DNA of 64,000 nt from Pirellulales bacterium (lineage in GTDB: Bacteria; Planctomycetota; Planctomycetia; Pirellulales; UBA1268): NCBI GenBank assembly GCA_044342075.1, contig JBIIQM010000001.1:15847-79846 (forward strand), in the 5' to 3' direction. The notes beneath the pieces are model-generated. The model made no database searches, was not told the origin of the DNA, and saw only the letters and a program-made list of their open reading frames with translations. The position numbers were made by a program, and so were the translations under genes. Below, piece by piece: positions 53,091 to 63,146 of this stretch. Within the stretch, counting starts at the first letter, position 1; the number at the start of each line of letters is the position of its first letter.

Positions 53091-56000
53091 GGCTGCGGGC
53101 GGGCGCGCTTGAAGGGATCGATTCGTCCGCCTCCCGGCCCCGGCGGCGGCGTGTTGGGCGATTGCCCGAAGGGCATCATCTTGGGCCATTCGAGGTTCAT
53201 GCCCGGCCAGGCTGGTGCCGCCACCGTGTCGGATCGCTTCGGTCTCGTCGGCTGAGCGGGTGGCAGCGGAGTGGGAATCGTGGCCGGCCCGAGGAGTTCG
53301 CTCGGCTGTGGAAACGAGCCGACGGCTGGATCCTGCGGCGACGTCGAAACGACCATGCCCGGCACGCCCGCGCCGCGATCCACCACCCGAATCGAAACAT
53401 CGTCGATCCGCGCGGCGCCGAGGCCCGTCATCGCGAAAGTCACCATCAGCGGCTCGCCCGCCGCGTCGGCCGGCACGATCCGGTAGAGCACGAGCCTCCG
53501 CCAGCCGGGCGTCATGCCCACGCGCTCGGCGAGCGCCGGCCCGCCGATCGAATCGAAGACGAGCAGGCCGTCCACGCTCCCCTTCACCGCCTGCGGCACC
53601 CACACGCGAGCCTCGATCTGTAGGAGCTTGCCCGTGGGCGCGGCGATCGGGGGCGACGTGATCCAGACCGGCGGGGTCTCCACGACGACGGGCGCCTCGG
53701 CGGGGTTCGTCGGCTCGGCGCGGATTTCGAGGCTCGCGGCGCCCGAGGCCGGATCATCCCGCGCGATCTCGACGGCCGTGCGAATCTCGGGCTGATCCAC
53801 GGCGAAGTGCCGCCAGCCGCTTCCGGAGAGTTCGTCGATCCGCTCCATGCCGCCGCCCGGCAGCAGGTTCGCCCCGGCCTGCACCGAGCCGAGCGCCTCG
53901 ACGAATCTCCAGTGTTCCGCGAGCGTGGCATCGGAGGTGGCCAGCGGGCCGGCCACCATCGAGCCGGTCGCCACCACGCCGCGTTCCCAGGTGAGCCGTT
54001 CGAATTGCCCACCGATCGCCGCGGCGCGTTCGATCTTCGCGATCGCGGCGGCCATGTCGGTGGCGGCGAGCGCCTCCCCTTCGAGCGCGTTGCGCTGCGC
54101 TTCGGAGAGCATCGCTGCCGCCGGCAGGTGGCCGAGCGCCGAGGGGGGCAGCCGTGCGAGCAGTTCGGCGCCGTCGGCGAGCACGAGGCCGGCCACCGAC
54201 CGGGCCGAGGCCAGCGCGATCGGCGTGAGCTCGCGCACCCGCTCCTGCACGTGCGCCGTCACGGCCGGATCGCCGCTGAGGAGCAGGAGTCCCGACGAGC
54301 GAAATGAGTCGAGCACGATCGACACTCCCCCCGTCACCCGCTTCTGCCGCACGGGCCGGAGTCCGCCGGGGCTCACCTCCCAGGCCTGATGGGCCTCGGG
54401 CACGCCCGGCACGAGGAGCGTGAGCGGCGTGTTCTCCTTCGGCATGTCGCCCGCGTAATGCCGCGCGACCACCTGCGATCCCTGCACGCTCCGCCAGACG
54501 AGCACCATCCGCGCGCGGGCGGCCTCGAGCACGAAGGCCTTCACTTCCGGATCGCTCGATTGGGCCGTCGCGGCGAAGCGGCCGGCGGCGCCCCAGGGCT
54601 CGAGCAACTTGAGCTTCAGATTCATCGCGCGGGCGGCCGCTGCCCGCGCCCGCGACTCGCGGTCTTCGCCATCGAGCCGGCGCATCGATGTGAAGAGGAT
54701 GCCGCGGGTGCCGGCGGCCACGGCCGACATCGCGGCGAGCGTGAGGCTTTCGGGATCGACGGAGAGCCCGCGGCCGCCGATGCCGGCCAGGGCATTGGCC
54801 TGCCGCGCGGTCTTCGGGTCAAGCTCCGTGGAGAGCGTGGTGAGGATCGGCGTGCCGGGCCGCGTGAGCCGGGGCCGTTCGCGGAGCCAGGTCAGGTAGT
54901 CGGTGAGTTCCAGGCTCGTGCCGAGCACGGTTCGCCGGGCCACGAGCAGGTCAACGTGCCGCGAGACATTTCGCAGCGACGAATCGGCCGAAGCGATCAG
55001 CGGCCGGCCGGCGTGCATGTCGCAGGCCCGCACCCGCCGCGCACGTTCCGCAAGCGCCTCGACATCCCCCTCGGCCAGGCCGCTGCCCATGTCCCAGAGC
55101 AACACGCGATCCCAGTTCGACGAGAAGATCGGCAGCGATTCGGGATCGCGCACGTCCACGTCGGGCAATTGCGGTGGCGGGCAGACCACCCAGAGGCCGG
55201 CCTCCCGCGCCTCGGCGAGCAGGTCGCTCGATGCGGGCGCGGGCAGCCGCACGCAGTTGAAGCCCAGTGATGCGAGCCATTCGAGCGGCTCGCCATTGTG
55301 GTCGATCGCCCGCGGAAAAAACGGCATGCCCCCCACCTCGAGCACGCCGCGCGAGAGGCCGGTGGGTGGATCCTGCGGCGCGGCCGGCATCGATGGCTGT
55401 GGCACTGCGGGTGGCGGCTGCAGCGGTGGCGCCATCGGAGTCGGCGGTGCGAGTGGCTGCGGCGGCGCGAACTGGGCGGGCTGCACGTCGGCATCGCGGA
55501 TGGTCGTCGTCACTGCCGCCGCGGGCGTCGCCGCGACGATCCCCTCGACAAGCACGTCGTCGATCGCCACGTCGTAGCGGCCTGGCGACGAATAGAGTTC
55601 GAGCACGAGATGCGTGACCGACGCGTTCGTGAGGTCGCCCTTCGGCCCGTGTTCGGCCCGCAGCGCCAGGAGTTGCCGCTGCAAGCCCGTCGCGAGTCGG
55701 CCGACGTCGAGCCGCTCCCAGCGCTCGGCATCCTTGGAGATGCTGCCGGGCACGAGCACCTCGACGGGCTTGCCGGTCTTGGGGGCGATGAAGTTGGGGA
55801 GCACCACGCGGGCGGAGAGCCGGATGTCGGGCCGGTCGGCCCGCACCCAGAGCGATGCCTTCCATTCGTCGATCACCCGCGCCGGCTCGATCGGCATCTG
55901 CACGCGCAGCGTCGTGCCGGCGGAGGCGTCGATGACAAACCGCTCGCAGGCCGCGCCGCGATGGGGCGCCTCGCGGGAGCGGGCATGGCCCACCACGCGG

Positions 56001-56164
56001 TGGCCCACGTCCGATTCCGCCACCTCCCAGGATGGCTCCGGACCCTCGAACGAGTCTTCGAGGGTGGCGGCAGCCGCCCCGACGGATGCCCATGCCACGA
56101 TCGCCGCACAAGTGGCCAAGAGCCATGGCAGGCAGCGCGCGCGGCGGTGACATCGTTTGGCCAT
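53087..56164 (-). CDS. 1,025-aa secreted protein, possible glycoside-hydrolase-like TIM-barrel core flanked by jelly-roll (CBM-like) domains
   Basis: Signal peptide (CLPWLLATCAAIVAWASVGAAAA) and a Pro-rich linker. Central GMPFFPRAIDHNGEPLEWLASLGFNCVRL resembles GH clan-A entry motifs. Function not established. Confidence 0.4.
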   Translation of the reverse strand: MAKRCHRRARCLPWLLATCAAIVAWASVGAAAATLEDSFEGPEPSWEVAESDVGHRVVGHARSREAPHRGAACERFVIDASAGTTLRVQMPIEPARVIDEWKASLWVRADRPDIRLSARVVLPNFIAPKTGKPVEVLVPGSISKDAERWERLDVGRLATGLQRQLLALRAEHGPKGDLTNASVTHLVLELYSSPGRYDVAIDDVLVEGIVAATPAAAVTTTIRDADVQPAQFAPPQPLAPPTPMAPPLQPPPAVPQPSMPAAPQDPPTGLSRGVLEVGGMPFFPRAIDHNGEPLEWLASLGFNCVRLPAPASSDLLAEAREAGLWVVCPPPQLPDVDVRDPESLPIFSSNWDRVLLWDMGSGLAEGDVEALAERARRVRACDMHAGRPLIASADSSLRNVSRHVDLLVARRTVLGTSLELTDYLTWLRERPRLTRPGTPILTTLSTELDPKTARQANALAGIGGRGLSVDPESLTLAAMSAVAAGTRGILFTSMRRLDGEDRESRARAAAARAMNLKLKLLEPWGAAGRFAATAQSSDPEVKAFVLEAARARMVLVWRSVQGSQVVARHYAGDMPKENTPLTLLVPGVPEAHQAWEVSPGGLRPVRQKRVTGGVSIVLDSFRSSGLLLLSGDPAVTAHVQERVRELTPIALASARSVAGLVLADGAELLARLPPSALGHLPAAAMLSEAQRNALEGEALAATDMAAAIAKIERAAAIGGQFERLTWERGVVATGSMVAGPLATSDATLAEHWRFVEALGSVQAGANLLPGGGMERIDELSGSGWRHFAVDQPEIRTAVEIARDDPASGAASLEIRAEPTNPAEAPVVVETPPVWITSPPIAAPTGKLLQIEARVWVPQAVKGSVDGLLVFDSIGGPALAERVGMTPGWRRLVLYRIVPADAAGEPLMVTFAMTGLGAARIDDVSIRVVDRGAGVPGMVVSTSPQDPAVGSFPQPSELLGPATIPTPLPPAQPTRPKRSDTVAAPAWPGMNLEWPKMMPFGQSPNTPPPGPGGGRIDPFKRARPQP

Positions 56165-56367
56165 CGGTGGACAGTGCCGGGGGCAATCGGGGCAAGAGCC
56201 GTAAACATGGGCTTTTAGCAGCCGCGGCCGCGCCGGCTCCAGCCCAGCCGGCGGCCCCTGCGGGCCTCTCCGGCCGGCCTCCCCCGCCGGCCCTCCGGCC
56301 GGCCTCCCCTTGAACTCCGCCCCGAAGCGGCAAAAACTAGGGTTTTCGGCGGGAACCGCGCCCCACC

Positions 56368-57846
56368 ATGAAACCCACCACGGCTGAGGAACTCGCGCAC
56401 CGCGCCCAGGAACTGCAGCTGGTCGGTGCCGCCCATCTGGGCGAAGCCTGGACCGAGCTCGGCGGCCACAACGTGCCGATCGAGAAGCTCGGCGCCGTTC
56501 TCGTCCGCCGCGAATTGCTCACGGGCTATCAGCTCGAGCGGCTGCTCAAGGGGGAGCGGACCGGATTCTTCTTCGGGAAGGCCAAGCTGCTCTATCAGAT
56601 CGGCGCCGGCTCGTTCGCCCGGGTCTTCCGCGCGATCAACATCGAAGACGGCAGCATCCTGGCCGTGAAGGTGCTCCGCAGCCGATTCAGCGCCGATGCG
56701 GAGAAGTGCCGGGCGTTTCGCCGCGAGGGCGAGATGGGGCGGCTGCTGCGGCATCCTCATATCGTCGCGATCGAGGACGTGGGGCAGGAAGGCAACACGA
56801 CCTACATCACGATGGAGTTTCTCGAGGGGCAGACGCTGCGCGAGCTCGTGCGAATCCGCGGCGCTCTCGATCTGCCCCGCGCGCTCGATCTCATCCTGCA
56901 GATGGTGTCGGGGCTCGAGTATGCCCATCGCCGTGGCGTGACACACCGCGATCTCAAGGCTTCCAACGTGCTCGTCTCCTCGACGGGGCAGGCCAAGCTC
57001 GTCGATTTCGGGCTCGCCGGCGTCGATGCCGAGGCGGGAGACCGGCACCTCGACCGCACGGAGCAGCCGCGCACGGTGGATTATGCCGCGCTCGAAAAGC
57101 TCTCCGGCATGAAGGACGACAGCCTGCGGAGCGACATCTACTTCCTCGGCACGATCGCCTACCTCACGCTCTCCGGCAAGCCGGCGCTGGCCGAATCGAG
57201 GGACCGGCTCGTGCGGTCCGATCCGCGGCGATTCACGGGGGTCGCGCCCCTCGCGACGGTCGCCGCCGACCTCCCGCGCGACGTGGCCGACGTCGTCGGG
57301 CGGATGATGCAGATCGATCCACTCGAGCGCTGGCAGACGGCCGCCGACGTCCGGCGGGCGCTCGAACCGCTCACCACGAAGTATGCCGCGGGGGGCGCCG
57401 GCCCCAGGTTGGCGACCCGCGATTCCAGCGAATTTCCGGCGCCGTCGGCGATGAGCGCCGAGCGGGCCGCCACGAAGGGCACGATCATGGTGGTCGAGAC
57501 CTCGCAGAAGGCGCAGGAAGCCCTGCGGAGTTTCTTCACGAAGCTTGGCTACCGGGTGCTGGTGACGGAAAACCCCGATCGCGCACTCGTGCGGTTTTCG
57601 ACCACGCCGCTGCCGGCCGACTGTCTCGTGATGAGCACGCAATCGCTCGGCGACGCGGCGGTGCACGCCTTCAACAGGCTCTCGACCGACGCATTCTTCG
57701 CGGCCGTGCCCGCGATCCTGCTCACGAGCCCCAAGCAGAAGTCCCTCTCCAAGCAGGCGAAGCTCGACGGCCTGCGCAAGGTGCTGGAAACGCCGATCCG
57801 CACCGCGGAGATGACGAAGCTGCTCGACTCGCTCGTGAAGAAGTAG
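56368..57846 (+). CDS. Ser/Thr protein kinase with C-terminal degenerate receiver-like domain
   Basis: Kinase motifs GAGSFARVF, AVK, HRDLKASNVLV, DFG. The C-terminal ~120 aa are REC-like. Its TAG stop is in a REP head. Confidence 0.88.
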   Translation: MKPTTAEELAHRAQELQLVGAAHLGEAWTELGGHNVPIEKLGAVLVRRELLTGYQLERLLKGERTGFFFGKAKLLYQIGAGSFARVFRAINIEDGSILAVKVLRSRFSADAEKCRAFRREGEMGRLLRHPHIVAIEDVGQEGNTTYITMEFLEGQTLRELVRIRGALDLPRALDLILQMVSGLEYAHRRGVTHRDLKASNVLVSSTGQAKLVDFGLAGVDAEAGDRHLDRTEQPRTVDYAALEKLSGMKDDSLRSDIYFLGTIAYLTLSGKPALAESRDRLVRSDPRRFTGVAPLATVAADLPRDVADVVGRMMQIDPLERWQTAADVRRALEPLTTKYAAGGAGPRLATRDSSEFPAPSAMSAERAATKGTIMVVETSQKAQEALRSFFTKLGYRVLVTENPDRALVRFSTTPLPADCLVMSTQSLGDAAVHAFNRLSTDAFFAAVPAILLTSPKQKSLSKQAKLDGLRKVLETPIRTAEMTKLLDSLVKK

Positions 57847-57921
57847 GACAGGCTTCAGCCTGTCGCAAGTAGGACAGGCTTCAGCCTGTCGCGATTCATG
57901 ACAGGCTAAAGCCTGTCCTAC
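57843..57921. repeat. REP cluster of three units
   Basis: Units at 57843-57864, 57869-57890 and 57900-57921 (loop variant TAAA). Confidence 0.92.
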
Positions 57922-58652
57922 TCGCGCGAGTGCAGGCCGCACTCCGTCTTTGCCGTGCCGCTCCAACGGCCGGCCCGTTCGTCCTCGCCGGCCAAGATCG
58001 AGCGGGTGCAGGGCCAGCAGCCGATGCTCACATAGCCTTGGTCGTGCAGCGGGTTGTAGGGGATGTTTTCCCGGACGATCAGGTCCCAGACCTTCGCCTT
58101 CGTCCAGTTGGCCAGCGGGGAGATCTTCGCCACGCCAAACTTTCGATCCCAGCCGACGATCGGCGCCGCGGCGCGATCGGGGCTCTGGTCGCGGCGGATG
58201 CCGCTCATCCAGGCGTCGAACCGGGTGAGCACTCGTCGGATCACGGCGATCTTGCGGTCGCCGCAGCAGCGGTTCGAGTCGGTGCGGTAGAGCGGGCCGC
58301 CGTGGAGCCGCTCGTATTCCTCGACGGTGGTGTCGGGCGCCTCGAGCGAGACCTCGATGCCATACCGCTTCGCGAGCCGGTCGCGGAGCTCGAGCGTCTC
58401 CTTGAATTGGTAGCCCGTCTCGAGATTGAAGACGAAGGTCTTCGGGGCGACGGCGGCCAGCCAATGGATGATGGCGCAGCCTTCCGGTCCAAACGCCGTC
58501 GCCATCGTGAGCCGGTCGCCAAACCGCTCGGCCGCCCAGCGGATGATCTCCGGCGGCTCGGCCGATTCGAGCCGCTCGCTGGCGCGGGCCAGTTCTTCGA
58601 GCAGGTCCGCCGGGGGCGCCGCCGCAGCTTTGTCGATGGTTTCAGTCGCCAT
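57918..58652 (-). CDS. cysH: phosphoadenosine-phosphosulfate (PAPS/APS) reductase
   Basis: PAPS-reductase fold with C-terminal ECGLH. Its TAG stop is in a REP head. Confidence 0.88.
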   Translation of the reverse strand: MATETIDKAAAAPPADLLEELARASERLESAEPPEIIRWAAERFGDRLTMATAFGPEGCAIIHWLAAVAPKTFVFNLETGYQFKETLELRDRLAKRYGIEVSLEAPDTTVEEYERLHGGPLYRTDSNRCCGDRKIAVIRRVLTRFDAWMSGIRRDQSPDRAAAPIVGWDRKFGVAKISPLANWTKAKVWDLIVRENIPYNPLHDQGYVSIGCWPCTRSILAGEDERAGRWSGTAKTECGLHSRE

Positions 58653-58774
58653 GCCGTCCGACCGGGTCGAATCCTCTCACTGTTGCCCAAACAGATTAAC
58701 AATAGGTGCCGGCCGATGTTTTATCGACCCCGTTTGTCGCGGCCGGGCAAAGCCCCGCTCCCGCCCCGAAACCC

Positions 58775-58790
58775 GCCGGCAATTGCCGGC
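58775..58790. promoter_or_regulatory. 16-bp perfect palindrome GCCGGCAATTGCCGGC in the cysH/rhaB divergent intergenic region
   Basis: Seen directly, about 60 nt upstream of the rhaB-like ATG. No cognate regulator identified. Confidence 0.2.
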
Positions 58791-58848
58791 GTTCGCGGCT
58801 GCGGTAGGCTTTGACGCCGATTTCCGCCGTTTCCGGGAGGTGCTTGGC

Positions 58849-60288
58849 ATGGCTCGTTCCGTTTCACTCGCAGTCGACCTTGGGGCGTCTGGCGGCCGTG
58901 TGGTGTCGGGGGCGTTCGATGGCAGGCTGATCGAGCTGGAGGAGATCCATCGGTTCGAGAATGGACCGGTGGCGCTCGGTGGCGAACTCGTCTGGGATCT
59001 CGTCCGACTCTGGCAGGAGGTGGTGAACGGGCTGCGGGCCTCGGCGGCGCGGCATGGCAAGGCGGTGACGACGGTCGGCGTCGACACCTGGGGGGTCGAT
59101 TACGCCTTTCTCGGTGCCGATGGCGGGCTGCTCGCGAACCCCCTCTGCTACCGCGACCCGCGCAACCGCGGCATGATCGAGGTGGCCGAAAAGACCGTGC
59201 CGCGCGACGAGATCTTCGCCGCCACCGGCCTGCAGTTCATGGATCTCAATTCGCTCTATCAGCTGCTGGCGATGCAGCGCCGCCGCTCGTCGGCGCTCGC
59301 GGCCGCCGAGCGGATGCTGATGGTTCCCGATATCTTCCACTGGCTGCTCTCGGGCGAGGCCTCCAATGAACACACCAACGCCTCCACGTCGCAGTGCTAC
59401 GACCCGCAGCGGCATGACTGGGCCTTCGGCCTCATCGAGCGATTCGGGCTGCCGCGGCGGATCTTCGGCCCGCTCGTCGAGCCGGGCACCGTGCTGGGGA
59501 GCCTGCGGACCGATGTCGCGGCCGAGACCGGCCTCTCCGGCACCCGCGTCGTCGTCCCCGGCACGCACGACACGGCCAGCGCCGTCGCAGCCGTGCCCGC
59601 CACCGACCCGCCGAGCGCGCGGCCCGATTGGTGCTATGTGAGCCTCGGCACCTGGGCCCTCGTGGGGGCGGAGCTCGATCGCCCGCTCGTCACGCCGGCC
59701 TGCCTGGCCCGCAACTTCACCAACGAGGGTGGCATCGGCGGCACGACGCGGCTCCTCAAGAATGTCTGCGGCCTCTGGCTCGTGCAGCAGTGCCGCGCCG
59801 CCTGGCAGCGGGCGGGCAAGGATTGGACATGGGAGCAGCTGACGTCACTGGCCGCCGAGGCGCCGCCGCTTGCCACGATCATCGATCCCAATCATCCCTC
59901 GCTGGTGGCGCCGCCCGACATGCCCGAGGCGATCCGGGCGCTGGCGAAGGCTTCGGGCCAGCCGGTGCCCGAATCGACGGGCGCGGTGGTGCGGACGGCG
60001 CTCGAGAGCGTGGCCGCCGCCGTGAGCCGCACGCTCGAGGAACTCGATTCGCTCGTCGGCCGCCGGATCGGCCGGGTGCACGTCGTGGGAGGCGGAGTGA
60101 AGAACGCGCTGCTCTGCCAAATGATCGCCGATGCCACCGGCCGCCCGGTGATCGCCGGCCCGGTGGAGGCCACGGCGATCGGCAACCTGCTCGTGCAGAT
60201 CATGGCCCGCGAGGGCAGCGTCGATCTACGGAGCGTGCGGCAGGTGGTTCGCGATAGTTTCGAGCTCGCGCACTTCGAGCCACGGTAG
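58849..60288 (+). CDS. rhaB: FGGY-family sugar kinase, rhamnulokinase-like
   Basis: ATG 9 nt after GGGAGG. AVDLGASGGRV, F.N.PV..GG.L.WD, VDTWGVDY and a C-terminal GGG.KN.LL.Q..AD motif. The upstream part of the 58426 ORF is rejected. Confidence 0.75.
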   Translation: MARSVSLAVDLGASGGRVVSGAFDGRLIELEEIHRFENGPVALGGELVWDLVRLWQEVVNGLRASAARHGKAVTTVGVDTWGVDYAFLGADGGLLANPLCYRDPRNRGMIEVAEKTVPRDEIFAATGLQFMDLNSLYQLLAMQRRRSSALAAAERMLMVPDIFHWLLSGEASNEHTNASTSQCYDPQRHDWAFGLIERFGLPRRIFGPLVEPGTVLGSLRTDVAAETGLSGTRVVVPGTHDTASAVAAVPATDPPSARPDWCYVSLGTWALVGAELDRPLVTPACLARNFTNEGGIGGTTRLLKNVCGLWLVQQCRAAWQRAGKDWTWEQLTSLAAEAPPLATIIDPNHPSLVAPPDMPEAIRALAKASGQPVPESTGAVVRTALESVAAAVSRTLEELDSLVGRRIGRVHVVGGGVKNALLCQMIADATGRPVIAGPVEATAIGNLLVQIMAREGSVDLRSVRQVVRDSFELAHFEPR

Positions 60289-60354
60289 GGTAGGCTTCAG
60301 CCTGCCTGATCGCTGCCGGGTCCGATAGGCGTGACAGGCTGAAGCCTGTCCTAC
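60285..60354. repeat. REP inverted doublet (variant plus consensus)
   Basis: 60285-60306 GTAGGGTAGGCTTCAGCCTGCC; 60333-60354 consensus in reverse orientation. Confidence 0.9.
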
Positions 60355-60932
60355 TCGGCAACCGGCTCGGCAACCGGCTCGGCGGGGACTTCTTCAGTCG
60401 TCTCGACCGGCGTTTCTTCCACAGGCGCGGCGATCTCCGGCTCCGGTGGCGGCGAAGGCCGGCGGCCCGCCTGCCGGAAGACGGCGTAGAGCACCGTCAT
60501 GCCGATGAGCGAGGCCCCGATGAAGACGGCCGACCAGATGGCCCGCTTCAGCCACTTCTCGGCGTCCTCCGCCTCCTTCTGCTGCCGCAGCGCTTCCTGC
60601 TCGCGCTGGTATTCGCGACTGTCTTCGAGCCGGATTTCGAAGACGGTATTGCACGTCGGGCAGACCGCCTGCTGGCCGATCATGGCCGGGCCCACCTTGA
60701 GATTGTGGCCATTGGGGCAGGGGATGCGGTAATACTTCGGCCCGCTCGGCCGAGGTGCGGCTGCGGCTGCGGCCGCTGGCGCGGCCGGTGGTGCCATCGC
60801 GACAGGCGGTGGGGCGGCGGGCCGCTGGCGGCCAGTCTCGGCGGGCGTCCGGCAGATGGGGCATACGGGCCGCCCGCCTTCGGGCACGCTCGGGCCCCGG
60901 TAGCCGCAGATGCACGTGATGCTGTCGGACAT
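60351..60932 (-). CDS. double zinc-ribbon membrane-anchored protein, unknown function
   Basis: C.C..17..C..C and C.NGH..16..C..C pairs, a coiled acidic/basic stretch, one TM helix (IWSAVFIGASLIGMTVLYAVF) and an acidic tail. Confidence 0.6.
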   Translation of the reverse strand: MSDSITCICGYRGPSVPEGGRPVCPICRTPAETGRQRPAAPPPVAMAPPAAPAAAAAAAPRPSGPKYYRIPCPNGHNLKVGPAMIGQQAVCPTCNTVFEIRLEDSREYQREQEALRQQKEAEDAEKWLKRAIWSAVFIGASLIGMTVLYAVFRQAGRRPSPPPEPEIAAPVEETPVETTEEVPAEPVAEPVAE

Positions 60933-60941
60933 GGCGATTGA

Positions 60942-62927
60942 TCAGGCAGCCTGGAGGGCTGCCGCCGGCCGTTTCGTGACGACGCCGTGCTCCACTTGGA
61001 TGATCGCATCGGCGAGGGCCAGGGTGCTGGCCCGATGCGTGATCATAATCACCGTCCGGTTTTCCACATATTCGGCCAGCGCCTCGTGGATAAGCCGCTC
61101 GCTCTCCACGTCGATTTGGCTCGTCGCCTCGTCGAGGACGAGGATCTCGGCGTTTCGCAGGAAGGCCCGGGCCAGCGAAATCCGCTGCCGCTGGCCGCCG
61201 GAGAGCCGGAAGCCCCCGGGGCCGACCATCGTGCGGTAGCCCTCGGGCATCAGCGAGATGAATTCGTGGGCGTGGGCCTTCTTGGCCGCCTCGATGACCT
61301 CCTCTTCGGTCGCGTCCCAGCGGCCGTAGCGGATGTTGTAGAAGATCGACTCGTTGAAGAGTTCGGTCTGCTGCGTCACCATCGCGATCCGGCGGCGGAG
61401 GTCGTGCAGGGCGATGTCGGTGAGCGGCACACCGTCGATCATCACCTGTCCCGACGTCGGGTCGTAGAACCGGCAGATCAGGTTCACGAGCGTGCTCTTG
61501 CCGCCGCCATTCGGGCCGACGATCGCCACCCGTTCGCCGAAGGGGATCTTGAGATTCACGTCCTTCAGCACGGTATCGATGCCGTCGTAGCTGAAAGAAA
61601 CCCGCTCGAGCCGGATCTCGCGGTGGGGCGAGACGATCGTCTTCGGCTCGGCCGGCTCCTTGAGCTTCGAGGGGGTGTCGATCAGCGGATAGAGCGCCTG
61701 TGCGCCGACCACGCCCACGTTGACGCCGGTGAGCACGCCCGAGAGCTTCCGCACCGGATCGCTCGCACCGATGAGCATGCCGAAGAAGACCATGATGCCC
61801 GGCACCGTCATCGGCCGCTCGGTCATCGTGAGGCCGAAGATCTCGGTCTGCTGGTTGATCACGAGCCAGGCGCCGACGGCGATCGAGGTGGCCACCATGC
61901 CGATGCCGAGGATTTCGGTGATCGGGTTGGCGAGCGCGTGATAGAAGGAATGCATCATGCCGGTCTTGAGCATGTCGCCGGTGCAGTTGCGAAACCGCTG
62001 CCGCTCGAAATCCTCCATCGTGTAGGCCTGCACGGTGAGCACGTTGTTGAGCGCCTCGAGCAAGACATGATGAAAGCCCCGCGAGCGGTCGAGAATGCTT
62101 TTCGAGATGCCGCGGATCCGCCGGTTGAGCCAGACCATGAGGAAGCCCACGATCGGCGCCATCGTGAGGCAGGCGAGCGTGAGCTGCCAGGAGATGCAGA
62201 AGGCGCCCGCGAGGCAGGCGATGATCTTCAGCGGCTCCGTGATCGCCCCGCCGAAGACGCTCGTGATGCCGCTGGCGAGCATGTCGGAGGTGCCCGTCAC
62301 CTGGGCCATGAATCCTGCCGACCCATTCCGCATGAACTGGGCTCGGTCGAGCTCCAGCGCCTTGTCAAAGACCTTCAGCCGCAGGTCGCGGCTGATGTTC
62401 ATCGCCACCCAGCTCACGATCAGCGTGTTGGCCAGCAGGAAGGCGTGCTTGAGAAACGTGCTCACGACGACGAAGCCCACCACCCAGAGCACGGTGGTGA
62501 AGGGATCCGTGGGCAGGAAGCGGGCGATCCAGGGCTGGAGCTTCTTCGACGAGTAGACGATCGCCTCGTCGCCCCGCATGGAGAGATTGAGTGCATCGAT
62601 GCGACTGCGGGCGGCGGTGGCCTTGCCCCCGTCGAGCCGGCCGTTGTCGAGGTCGGCCGTGAGGGTCTCGCGTTCCTTTTCGCCGGCGGCGATCCGCGTC
62701 TCGGCGGCCTCGATCCGCTCCTCGTTCCATGACTGGAGCGACTTGCCGTTGAGCGTCACTTCGATGATCGGAAAGAGGGCGGCGATATTCGCGCCCCAGA
62801 GTCCGGCCACGCCCGCGGAGCAGAGGAAGGCGGCCACGAGGAGCGGCCACCGCTTGGCGGCATCGCGAAGGGCGCGGAGAAAATAATGCATGCTTTTCGT
62901 TCGGGTCTTGGCGGATGGTGTCGCCAT
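60942..62927 (-). CDS. ABC transporter, fused permease/ATPase (MsbA-type exporter) with a long first periplasmic loop
   Basis: Six-TM ABC_membrane region, Walker A GPNGGGKST, signature LSGGQRQR, Walker B ILVLDEATS. Alternative start at 62891. Confidence 0.88.
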   Translation of the reverse strand: MATPSAKTRTKSMHYFLRALRDAAKRWPLLVAAFLCSAGVAGLWGANIAALFPIIEVTLNGKSLQSWNEERIEAAETRIAAGEKERETLTADLDNGRLDGGKATAARSRIDALNLSMRGDEAIVYSSKKLQPWIARFLPTDPFTTVLWVVGFVVVSTFLKHAFLLANTLIVSWVAMNISRDLRLKVFDKALELDRAQFMRNGSAGFMAQVTGTSDMLASGITSVFGGAITEPLKIIACLAGAFCISWQLTLACLTMAPIVGFLMVWLNRRIRGISKSILDRSRGFHHVLLEALNNVLTVQAYTMEDFERQRFRNCTGDMLKTGMMHSFYHALANPITEILGIGMVATSIAVGAWLVINQQTEIFGLTMTERPMTVPGIMVFFGMLIGASDPVRKLSGVLTGVNVGVVGAQALYPLIDTPSKLKEPAEPKTIVSPHREIRLERVSFSYDGIDTVLKDVNLKIPFGERVAIVGPNGGGKSTLVNLICRFYDPTSGQVMIDGVPLTDIALHDLRRRIAMVTQQTELFNESIFYNIRYGRWDATEEEVIEAAKKAHAHEFISLMPEGYRTMVGPGGFRLSGGQRQRISLARAFLRNAEILVLDEATSQIDVESERLIHEALAEYVENRTVIMITHRASTLALADAIIQVEHGVVTKRPAAALQAA

Positions 62928-63099
62928 AACGAATCGGATTCCTCGCGCCTCCGCGCCAGCGGCATCGTCTGGAAGACGCTCCGGGTAGGCTGCGGGCGGG
63001 TTGAGAAACTGGGCAAACGGGGTCGACGGGCGGCGCCGTATGGGTGGGGAGGGTAGTGATGCCCCCCGAAACGCTCAAGACCGGAAATCACCGCGTCAC

Positions 63100-63146
63100 G
63101 GCAGGCTGAAGCCTGCCCTACTTCAGCAGGCTAAAGCCTACCCTAC
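63100..63146 (-). repeat. two tandem REP variants
   Basis: 63100-63121 GGCAGGCTGAAGCCTGCCCTAC; 63125-63146 AGCAGGCTAAAGCCTACCCTAC. Confidence 0.85.

Noticed and set aside
56215-58464. 749-aa minus-strand ORF
   Set aside because: It is antisense to the Ser/Thr kinase, passes through a REP cluster, and overlaps cysH out of frame. No motifs were found.
58426-58848. Upstream extension of the rhamnulokinase-like ORF
   Set aside because: It overlaps cysH on the opposite strand and the intergenic region. FGGY homology and a GGGAGG box start at 58849.
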